Assembly: GCA_001655205.1 (NCBI GenBank)
Contig: LPNZ01009898.1
Span: forward strand, 1-33,227
Direction: 5' to 3'
From: Lenisia limosa
Taxonomy: Eukaryota > Protista > Breviatea
Length of the DNA stretch: 33,227 bases
The translations under genes and the position numbers were made by a program. Positions 1 to 10,700 of the stretch are shown piece after piece. How positions within the stretch are numbered: position 1 is the stretch's first letter; each line of letters starts with the position of its first letter. The notes beneath the pieces were generated by a model. It saw only the letters and a list, made by a program, of their open reading frames with translations, had not been told where the DNA came from and ran no database searches.

Positions 1-1484
1 AAGTTGTGTTACAGAGTTCTTAGGCAAATGATTGGATGGAATAATAATAATATGCTACAATTCAATGCCTCTTAGAAGCGTGATGATGTGGACGGCTTCA
101 GCTCAAACCTTGTGTTTTCTTATTAGAATATACTATATCATATAATACATGTATGATGGGGTGTTGTAAGCGAAGTTATGCAAATGGGAATATCAGCATA
201 TGATATTTTGCACTTATACTTTAGGCATAAACAAAGGAGAAAACACGGGACTCAACTCGTTTTACTCTGGCACAGTGGGCGCTGCGAGACAGGTACGGGG
301 TTGGGTCGTCGTAGTGGAATTGCAGTAATATATAATTTTCCGCTTATTATGAAACCAAGGAGCCAACATTGTGCTGCATGATTAAATACGAAAAATTAAC
401 TTTTAAAGGCAACAATTCATGGACACAAAGCAATGGCGATTTCTCTCAACTTCCCCTCAACTGGAGGTTATCACGGAGTATGGGCTGTTCCGTTTATTCG
501 CAGATCTTGACATTTGTGACTACCCCATCGTCATATATTTAATTATCACAAGAAGCCTTCAATAACAAACACAGGAGTGGCGATGGGATACAGCAAAAGC
601 AGTGGCAGGCAAGATCGTCGGTTTGTGGGCGTATCATTCACTGTAAACATAGTTGCATGACGTTACAATTCCTCTATGAAAGCGCTTCACCGTTCGTAGA
701 AGTTGGGCTGGACATTTCAATGCCAAGTGGTGCGATTGTTAACTTCACTATCCCGCCAGTAGCTCCAGAAAGCATCAAGGTGAGGAGGTTTCTTTCTATA
801 AGGACAAACCAATGACACTGCTCTCAACATCACATTATTATTTCCAGGGCTTCGCGGCAACACGTTCCGAATACACAGACTTTGAGAAGATGCGCGCGGT
901 CGAAGTAGAGAGTGAAGAGGTTAGTACAAGGCAAAGGGCCGCCCGCAAACCTGGGTACATCTGTAGATCGGTCCAGATCAGATTCAAATCAAAATAGGGT
1001 CATAATTGTCGGGTCTGTGGCCCCTGGTACAAGGACAGACCTGGCCTTTTTCTTTTTCAATATCTTACCTTCCCCTAGGAGAACGTGAGAGTGTTTCAAA
1101 TGAGGTATTTCACTCTGGCCCTGCCAACAACACATTGGAGGAAGGTGCTTCCCTCCCCGGAGCATGAGGAGGCTTTGATATCTTCGCATCTCCCTGTCAT
1201 TGCGGTGAGCAATATCTTCATCTCTTCGTTTATTCACTGTCACACACAGACTTTCCCTTCGTTTTTTTCTCTGTCACATGCATACTTCCCTTCGTTTATT
1301 CACCATCATATGCATAGGACGGAGAGGCCGTGTCACAGGGGATGATATCAGTCGGATGCCTCAGTCTCCTTCCTGACTCCCTAACTGGTTTGGTCTGCTC
1401 TTTCAGGTTCCCTCTAACAGCCCAGGACATGTGCACCTTTCAAAGTTCAATTTACCCGAACAATGGGGACCAAGGGAAGAGTAA
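1..1484 (+). CDS. surE: SurE-family 5'/3'-nucleotidase / acid phosphatase, multi-exon, 5' end outside the window
   Basis: Exons 225-292, 409-477, 575-620, 700-779 and 848-919 (all GT-AG, phases consistent) read GINKGENTGLNSFYSGTVGAARQ-ATIHGHKAMAISLNFP...KIV-EVGLDISMPSGAIVNFTIPPVAPESIK-GFAATR. This matches the SurE signature GINxGxNxG..YSGTVxAA and the downstream N(V/F)xIP...IKG...TR region. Later exons give GMISVGCL (cf. GYISITPL), with a stop at 1482-1484. Exons in 920-1330 are not fully resolved. Confidence 0.85.
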
Positions 1485-1752
1485 TCAATGGTGGCTTTGT
1501 TAGATTGACTGAAGAGGTCTGTTTCTGATATTATGTGTATGTTTGATACATTTGTTTGTATCCAATCATCATATTTCCATATTGTGTGTGAAGAAAGTTA
1601 TCAAAAACGTTGATACGATACATTTCTGAGCCCCTCACCCCGGGGTAAACTAATACTACTACCTACAAACTACCTACTATTATACAACTAAAGGGTGTCA
1701 AAAGGGACCTAGTGCGACAAAAGCAAAATTATACAAAATTGAGTGCGTACGT

Positions 1753-4700
1753 TTAAGGACGGGGTGGGAGGTCGGCAGAGCGCGTTACATCACCCTGTCC
1801 GACGGGGCCTGAGGGGTCTAGATGGATTGGGGGGCTGTAGCGTGAGGAGAGCTACTCAGAGCGTTTACAATTGAAGAGTATCACTGCACCCCCCCACTCG
1901 GACTCTCTACGACCCTCCATCCAAAGCGGTTCGTCATTGGTGTGCGTTAGCCTAAAACAATCAGTCTTCTCCAGACACAGTTCATTTCAGCTTTCGTCCT
2001 TCTAACATTATCCCCCCCTCCAGACCGTTGGCTCTCGCGGCTCTTGGGCCTGGAGGCCCAGGGGGAGTGGGTTGAGGGCGGCGCGGCCATTGTGTTGGCT
2101 CGACGGCGACGGGGGGCTGAATACCTGTGGCATGACAAAAGAGCTGAGCCCAAAAAAAGGGCAGCATTGCCTATCATATGTGGCATTGGTAAAATCACAA
2201 CCAGCGCATACGGTGGGGTGGATGGATTAAAGAGGTTGGATGAAACGGACATTGAAGAGACGGAGGAGAGACGGCGGGGGCGGACCTGATGTTTCAATTC
2301 ACAAATGGCTCATTACCTTTGGAGGGGGGGATTCTGGGCTATGGAAGCAAGCAATTCGAAGAGCTTTCAACCACTATACTGTCAGACATACCAATCGAGC
2401 AGACTTCCTGCTAAAGGTTCACGGACTTTATGATAACATGCAACCAACCATATCGAACTCGACTTCCTCTCTGGCATGCATGACAAGGCCCTTCGCCTTA
2501 TCCGAAGGGTCCGATGGTGTCAACTGCGGAGGTGAGCTTCTCAAAGGGGCAAATGGGCAAAGACGAGACAGTTCTTACTTGAAAGCAGAAGTTGCGTTTG
2601 TAGACTTGGTAGGGCACAGGAGCCACAAGCATGTTGTGAACAGTGACGCAACCCTTCTCAGTCATACCCTCTGACGACTGCAAGGTCAGCGCTGTTCACA
2701 GCAAAAGATTGAAGCAAATTGTAAGAGAATTGAAGAGTAAAATNNNNNNNNNNNNNNNNNNNNNNNNNNNNNNNNNNNNNNNNNNNNNNNNNNNNNNNNN
2801 NNNNNNNNNNNNNNNNNNNNNNNNNNNNNNNNNNNNNNNNNNNNNNNAACGTCTCTCACTTGTTGATGCTTGTAGTAGGTCAGAACACGGTTTTTGAGTT
2901 CAAACGTGCGAATCTTCCAATTCTTAAACCTGAGTCGTGAGGAACAAACTGTTTTGAGAAGAGATAACTTCATCAGAGGAAAAGGAGCCAGGTCCCACCG
3001 TCCACGTGCTAGTTTGGTCAGCATCCCCTTGAGAGCGACAGCCTCGGGCTTAATCTCAATGTCATCCAGGTCCCTACGTGGGTTAGTCATTGAATGTCAA
3101 CAAAGAAAATGGGGTGCTTTGAGCCTACTCATTGTTCATCCACAGCGACTCGGCATCACTGTCAATCTGAAGACATGAGTATGTGTTGTTGTTTCATACA
3201 AAGCTTCATCCAGTTTATGGCGAGAAATGGGCATTCAACAAACTAAGGCGTTATACCTCAGGGCTAGCCATACATGTCCTGGGGCTGGGCAAGTCCGGCG
3301 TTGTGTCCTCTGTTTGGCACTCCGCATGAACCTTCGGAACTCGCCTACTAAAAATGTTAGGGGTTGTGGAAGCCAACAATGTGACTGCATACCTTCTAAC
3401 CCTCTTTCTTCTGTTGCCTTCACCGTCGCTTTCAGTAACACGCTGGTCCGAACCAGGCTCAGTCTCTCCATCACTGTCGTCTGGAAGCGTCCGGGGGTCT
3501 GGAGGAGTGAGAATGGCGGTACACCGGATACGTCAAGGACTGCCCGCACCTTCGGTCTGAACGCCATCATCCTTCACGGCCTTCTTGCGGGCGTCAGCCT
3601 CAGCAATGGCTGTTTCGGCCACGGCGGCTGCTCGAGATGATTCAGCTGCCGCATTGACTGCTTCGACCCTGCACTATTACAATGCTACGTGCAATTTGGA
3701 ATATGCGTTTGTAATCTTCCATTTTTAGGCAATATTTCTGAAGAAGAACTACTTAATTAAAAGCGTGTTCCCTTCTAAAGGTACTATGTCACCCATCAGA
3801 CCTTGCCTGTTCATGGGATGCCGCCTCAGCAGCAGCCAGCACCTGCAGGGCAACAGCTTCCTGCTTCGCACTGGTGGCTTTTTGCTTCTCTACAGTAATC
3901 TCCTTCTCCATTGACAACAGAGCTTCTTCCCTTTGGTCGAGTTCGGACTGTCGCGTCATCAAAGACGCCTCCTGTTCAGCAACAGTCTTGGACCTCTCAT
4001 CAGCCTGGGGTGGTGAGCTGCATTTAATGTTGCCCCAAGGCTTCACAAAAGTGCCAAACATCGAGAAATTATTGATGAAAGCTGTTTCTATATATTTTGT
4101 AACAATGTAACATTCTATGATGGTGAAATGCAAACTTCATTTAGCAAGCTATTTGCGGATGTGATTATTTCGGCAGCTTCTTTCTTCATGTCGTTGATTT
4201 CTTTTTCCGATTCGGCCTGATGAATTAAAAAGATGGATAATATCAAATATAACGAGAGACAATGCAGTAGATAATTGTAAACTGCAAGACAAACCTGTTT
4301 GTCTTCCAATTTTGCCTCAAGTGTACTGCAGCGCAACTCACGGTCGGAAAGGGCTTCCTCTCTAATTCCAAGTGCATTTTCAGTTTCTTTTGACTCATTC
4401 TCAAGAGATTTGATGTTTTCTTCTCTTTTCTTTAGAGCCTCGGAAAGGCAGACGATTTCAGCCTCGCGGTTGTTGAGGTCTTCATGCCGCTCTTCAGCCT
4501 GTGAAGTGTTAAAAAAAAAACCAGCAGAAAGGGATTACTCATCAACCATAGTTGTTGCATAGTATAATATATCATATCCCCGTGAAAAGATGACCCATCG
4601 CACTTCGAATGTTTTGTCGGTTGCAGCTTGGTGGAGGGAGTCGGCCTCCTCCTTCCGAGCGCTGAGATGGGCAAGCTTTTTCTAGAGCGTCAATACAATT

Positions 4701-7700
4701 TCATGAAGAATTTCTCCCCCCCCCCCCCCCNNNNNNNNNNNNNNNNNNNNNNNNNNNNNNNNNNNNNNNNNNNNNNNNNNNNNNNNNNNNNNNNNNNNNN
4801 NNNNNNNNNNNNNNNNNNNNCAGTTTCGACTCCGCTTGGGCGGTCTGCTTGGCCACAGTTTTCATCATATCACTTGTTCGGGCCTCTCGATCGTTGATGG
4901 CGTCCTCCTTGGCGGCTACGAGCGCCTCCCTTTCGCAAAGCTCCGACGTCTTATCCTCAAGGTCAACAGTCCTGGCATCAAGGGTGGATTTGCTGGCATT
5001 CAGGGCATTCTTGCGGATCTATAATACATCAGTTGAGAGATGTTATTTCGGTATGATGATTTTTGCAGCAATTCAAAAACTATAATTGTCAGATTTCTAT
5101 GATTCTGAAAACAGTACCTGGAGGGCGTCATCGAACTCTTCCAGGGCTTCATTCCGTTCATCTTGGTCATTGGCACGCTCACTCAAGACCTCTGTTTGAA
5201 GATCTATCTCTTGCTGAAGCTGTCCGAGACGGATGAGTTCCTGTGCGTTGTCTTCTTGGTTCTGTCTGTTTACCTCAGCTTGTTTCGAAAGGGCTTTTTC
5301 CTTTTCAGAGCAGTCTTCCTCTCTCTGTACAAGTTCTTTCAATTCCTTTTCATTCTCTTCTTCCTTTCGCATAACCTCTGACTCTTTTGTGTTCAAAAGT
5401 TGCTCCTTCTGCATGTTCAATTCGGCTTTCTGCAAGTGTTCGTTGTTTGCTTGAGAAAGCTCTTCTTCCTTAACCTTTAACTCCTCCTCTTTATGGAATG
5501 CTGAATCCTCTCTGTCCTCAAGAACACATTCCCTCTGCAGAATAATATCATTCTTTATCTTCAAATTTTCTTCTTTCTTCGCATTTTCCTCCGAAACCTC
5601 CTTGTTCTTACCCTCAGATTCCTGAAGTACCTTCTCTTTCTGACTTAACATGACTTCCAGTGTTTGATTATCTTCCTTCTTCTTCTCCACTTCTTCTTCA
5701 TTCCTCAACAGTTTCTCTGTTCTCTCATCCAGATCAGCCTTGAGACAATTCAATTCTTCATCCAATTTTCCATTTTGTTCCTTCTTGGCTGCAGCAGCTT
5801 CTTCAAGAGTAGCGAGCTCTTCTTGCTTCTTTTGATTGCATTCTTCTTTTTTCCGAAGTTCTTCTTCCTTCGCCTCCAACGAAGCCTCCTTCTCTAAGCA
5901 AGACTCATTCATGAGCGCAAACTCTTCCTTCTCTTTTTCAAGTGCGTGCTTCTCTTCTTGCAGTTGACGCTGAGTACATATAAGATGTTCAGAGCTTTTG
6001 AGGTTCTCATTTCCCTTTATTTCATTTTCATTCTCTTTTCTTTGAACTTTATCTTCTTTTCCTGCCAATTCTGTTTCTTTCTTCTTCAGTTCTTCTTCTT
6101 TTTCAGCAACCTCATTTTCTCTATTCTGAATACCTGATTGTCTGAGAGCAAGGTCATTTTCTTGAGTTTTGAGATCTTCAAATCTGTTCTTATAACCATC
6201 TTCCATTGCTGCCAACTCTTCTTCTTTGAGTTTCAATTCTTCTTCATTGGCCTCATTCTTCCTTCTGCTTTCCTCTTCTTTCTGTTCAAGAGAAATGGTG
6301 TCATTCTTGAATGTTTCTTCTCGTAAGTGCAGCTCTTCTTCTTGCATCTTCTTCTTATCTTCCCAATCATTTTTCATCCGATTTAATTCTTTCCTCTCTA
6401 CTTCAAGCTTTTCTTCTTCCTTCTTTAATTCTTCCCTACTTGCTTCTAGCTTTTCTTCCGCTTCCTTCAATTCTTCTTTTTCAACTCGAAGATTTTCTTC
6501 TTCATTCTTCAAGTTTTCCTTATCTGCTCGCAACTTTTCTTCTTCTTCCTTCAATTCTTCCTTATTTGCTTGCACGTTTTCTTCTTTCTTCTTCAATTCT
6601 TCCTTAATCTTTTGCATCTCTTCTTTTTCTTCCATCAATTCTGCCCTTTCTGTTGCAAGATTTTCTTCTTTCTTTTTCATATCTTCCCTCTGTGCTTCAA
6701 TCTTTCCTTCTTCATTCCTCAATTCTTCTCTATGAGTTTTCAGCTTTACTTCCTCCTCCTTCAACTTTTCCTTTACAGTTTGAATATTGTCTTCTTCCTC
6801 CTTCAACTCTTTCCTCAGAGCTTCAAGCTTTTCTTCTTCCTTCTTTAATTCTTCCTGATTTGCTTGAAGCTTTTCTTCCGCTTCCTTCACTTCTTCCTTT
6901 TCAAATAAAAGCTTATCTTTTTCATTCTTCAAGTTTTCCTTATCTGCTCGCATCTTTTCTTCCTCTTCCTTCAATTCTTCCTTAATTGTTTGCAAGTTTA
7001 TTTCTTTCTTGTTCCATTCTTCCTTAATCTTTTGCATCTCTTCTTTAACTTCCATCAATTCTGCCCTTTTTGCTGCAAGATTTTCTTCTTTCTTTTTCAT
7101 ATCTTCCCTCTGTGCTTCAATCTTTCTTTCGTCATTCTTCAATTCTTCTCTTTGAGCTTTCAGCTTTACTTCTTCCTTCGTCAACTTTTCCTTTACAGCT
7201 TGAATATTGTCTTCTTCCTTCTTCAGTTCTTTCTTATCTGCTTGCATTTCCTCTTCTTCCTCCTTCAATTCTTTCCTCTCTGCTTCAAGGTTTTCTTCCT
7301 CCTTCTTTAACTTTTCCTTTCCAGCTTGAAGAATGTCTTCTTCCTCCTTCAACTCTTTTCTCTTAGCTTCAAGCTTTTCTTCTTCCTTCTTTAATTCTTC
7401 CTTATTTGCTTCAAGTTTTTTTTCGGCTTCCTTCACTTCTTCTTTTTCAACTAGAAGATTATCTTCTTCATTCTTCAAGTTTTCCTTATCTGCTCGCATC
7501 TTTTCTTCCTCTTCCTTCAATTCTTCCTTAATTGCTTGCAATTTTTTTTCTTTCTTCTTCAATTCTTCCTTAATCTTTTGAATCTCTTCTTTTTCTTCCA
7601 TCAATTCTGCCCTTTCTGCTTCAAGGTTTTCTTTTTCCTCCTTCAACTCTTTCCTCTCTACTTCAAGCGTTTCTTCTTCCTTCTTCAATTCTTTCAACTT

Positions 7701-10700
7701 TACCTCAAGCATTTCTTTCCCCTGTTTCACTTTTTCTTTTTCAATTTGAAGACTTTCTTCTTCCTTCTTCAATTCTTCAATATCCGCTTGCATCTTTTCT
7801 TCTCCCTTCTCCAATTCTTTCCTCCGTGCTTCAAGCTTTCCTTCTTCCCTCTTCAATTCCTCATCCTTTCGATTAAAATCTTTTATTCTTGTATCTTTTT
7901 CATTGTCAAATTCTTTAGTTTTGAAAGAAAGTTCTTCTACCTTGGAAGCAAGATGAGATAAACTCTCCTCAAGCTGTTCAACGTTCTTCTGGTGCTGGGA
8001 TTTGTTGTTCTCCAGTTCCGCGCTTAACTGGGAGTTGTTTTGAGCTTTTAAGACAAGATCTTCTTCTTTCTTTGATAGTTCTTCATTTTTTAGCTGAATA
8101 TCATCAGATTTCTTTTTCAGCTCTTCCTCCTTTTGAGCAAAAGCTGTGTTTTGGTCAAACAGTTGAGAGATCTTTTGTGAAAGTTCTTCTTGACTTACAG
8201 ATAGAGCCAACTTTGCTTTCTTATGTAACTCAACACTCTCCAAGTGAACATCTTGCTTTGATATTAATTCAGCTTCTTTTTCGAGGAGTTTCTTTTCTCT
8301 TTCTGATAATTCATCTGCTTTTGTGGAATTATCTTCTTGCATCTGCTTCAACTCTAGTATTAAGCGTTCGCTTGAAGCTTCCTTCTCCATCAGCTCTTCC
8401 TCTCTTTCTTGACATTGCATTTCAAATGTCCCCTCCGTCTCTTCCAATTTAGCTTCACGGTCATCAGCTGCGGCCATAGCATCAGCCAGGCGCTGGGAGA
8501 GAGAGTCAAATTCGGAGGTTCTGAGTTCCAACTATTAAGTGAGAAATGATTGTCCCCAGATAAATACTTCAAAAAGCAAAGAAAGAGCAGCCACCACATG
8601 TTTACAACATCAACAAGGACAAACCTTCGATCGTTCATCACGTAGCTCGGCTGCTTTTGCTTCAAGTTCCTGCATATATTAGAGCCACAATTGATTGCTT
8701 GGTGCAATTGTGTTTATATTGTTTGTTTATTTCATTTTTTTAGATAAAAATAAAAAGATAACACACACTCCCACCTTGGACTCAAGGTTCAACCCTTTTT
8801 CTCGAGACTTCAGAGTTTTCTCAATTGCGGAACACTCTTCAACCTTGGCATTAAGATTTTCAGTTGCAGCTGATAGAGATTCCTCAGCACTTTCAACAAA
8901 CAGAAGTCGTTCAGCCTGGTCTTTTGAGGAGAGCTCTGCTTCGTTCCTTGCAGTCTCAAGCTCAGCTGCTGCCTCTTGTCTGTCAGTCTAAAAGGGTAAC
9001 AACGCTGAGTACTTGAACTAACGTGAGATTAGAGGATAATCTTATTGGGCAATTGAATGGATTAAAAACTGATACATTATCCCCACACCTCCCCAATCCA
9101 TCACCTACATAATTATATATTCTTGTAAGTTCATTTCCATAGGGGGTTCACCCCCCCCCCCNNNNNNNNNNNNNNNNNNNNNNNNNNNNNNNNNNNNNNN
9201 NNNNNNNNNNNNNNNNNNNNNNTTCAGCTACTGCCTGTAGTTGCTCAAGTCTCTGGGACATAGTCTCCAACGCTACCGATGTTTCTTCAGCCTTGACCTG
9301 TGCCTCGAGCAGCTCTGAACTTTTGACTGAAAGAGATTCCTCCAGAATACTGGCAGCAGCTTCGCGATCGCCAAGGTCCTTCTCACGACTTTCAAGAGCA
9401 GAAGCAGAGTGACGAAGTTTTGTTTCTCTTTCTGAGAGTTCTGACTCTAGGGTGACAGAGTTGTCTTCTCTTGTTTCAAGCTTCAAAGACTTCAGGTTAA
9501 GGTCCTTTTCGAGTTCAGTTAGCTCCTAATACGATTAGAAAAAATTTAGGCAAATTCTGGAAAGATGTTGCCGAAAAGAATAACTGGAGCAACACAAACA
9601 GACCCCTCAGGTACCAACCGAGTCTTTCAAAGCGAGATGGGAAGCTTTGTTAGTTAGTTCATCAAGCATTTTAGCAGCTTCGGCCTCGTGGAGAGTAGCT
9701 TCTTGGTTGAGGTCCTCAGCCTAGTGATGTCATATGAACAAATATCTTAACTAAGATGGTTTTTTATGACATGGGTATCACCTGTACAATTGTTCAATTA
9801 ACTGTACACAATGATTTAATAACCCCCACCTCTGATTGAGCCTTATCCAACTTGGCTTTTGACTCTTCAAGATCAATTAACTTCATTCCAAGGTCAGAAC
9901 GAAGTTGAGAAACAGATGTCTCGGTTTCACACATAAGCTGTGCAGCTGATTTTTCAGCATCTTGTTTGGTTTTATCTGTTTCACTTTCAGCATCCGATCG
10001 AAGTTTTGCGCAATAGTCAACAGCATCGGCGATCCTCTGATCACAGTCAGCTTGTGCTTTCTTCAACTTGGCCTCAGCATCTTCCAGATTACAGGTGGCT
10101 TCATGGCGCATTTCCATAAGTTCCTCCCTCTCTGACTCTAGTCGGTCCGATTCCACTGAGAGCTCATTTCGAATTCGATAAATTTCCTCCTTGTCCCTGT
10201 CAATGTCCTCACGGTCATAGTCAATGCGGTCGGAAAGGATCTGAAGGCGCTTCTGTTCCTTCTCGTTTTTGGCGGTTTGTTTATCAACTGAATCTTTTCG
10301 ACTTTCTGCATCCTACGTGTGTTAAGAAATCAAGTAATAAAAAACGCATTTTGATATAATATATTATATATGCAGATATTACAATATATGATATCGATAT
10401 ATACTACTAGAGTAATTCTCTTACCAAGCAGATATCAAACATAGCTTATCATCAAACCTTCAGATACACCTCAGCAAGTTCGTTAGCTTCCTTGGCCTCT
10501 ATTTTGAGCTTCAGAGAAAGGTCGTGATTTGATTTGGCTTCAGAATTCAGAGACTCAGTTTCCAATTTAAGACGATCAGTATTTTGTTTGAGCTCATCTA
10601 ATGCGGCTGTGTCTGCAGCGACCTTCTGAATGTGTTCCTGAACTTCTTGACTGTGCTTACTTTGTGACTGTTCCAGGGTCTTCTCCTTGTCAGAGAGAGC

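Noticed and set aside
1-1484. SurE as a recent bacterial HGT or contamination
   Set aside because: The gene is intron-rich with the same splice style as its neighbours, and SurE homologues are known in plants, fungi and protists.
1640-1700. ctacta/ctacaa low-complexity tract as a telomere-like or regulatory repeat
   Set aside because: It is short and irregular and lies in the convergent 3' UTR region, with no consistent unit.
6372-7841. CRISPR array or non-coding satellite
   Set aside because: There are no unique spacers, the units are degenerate, in frame and multiples of 3, and the context is eukaryotic.
5163-8452. Many overlapping plus-strand F/S/L-rich ORFs
   Set aside because: They are antisense shadows of GAA/AAA/AAG codons (TTC/TTT/CTT, few stops) in the K/E-rich exon, with no independent coding signal.
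4716-9222. Poly-C/G runs beside N-gaps as functional G-quadruplex elements
   Set aside because: They are more simply the homopolymers that caused sequencing drop-out; their true length is unknown.
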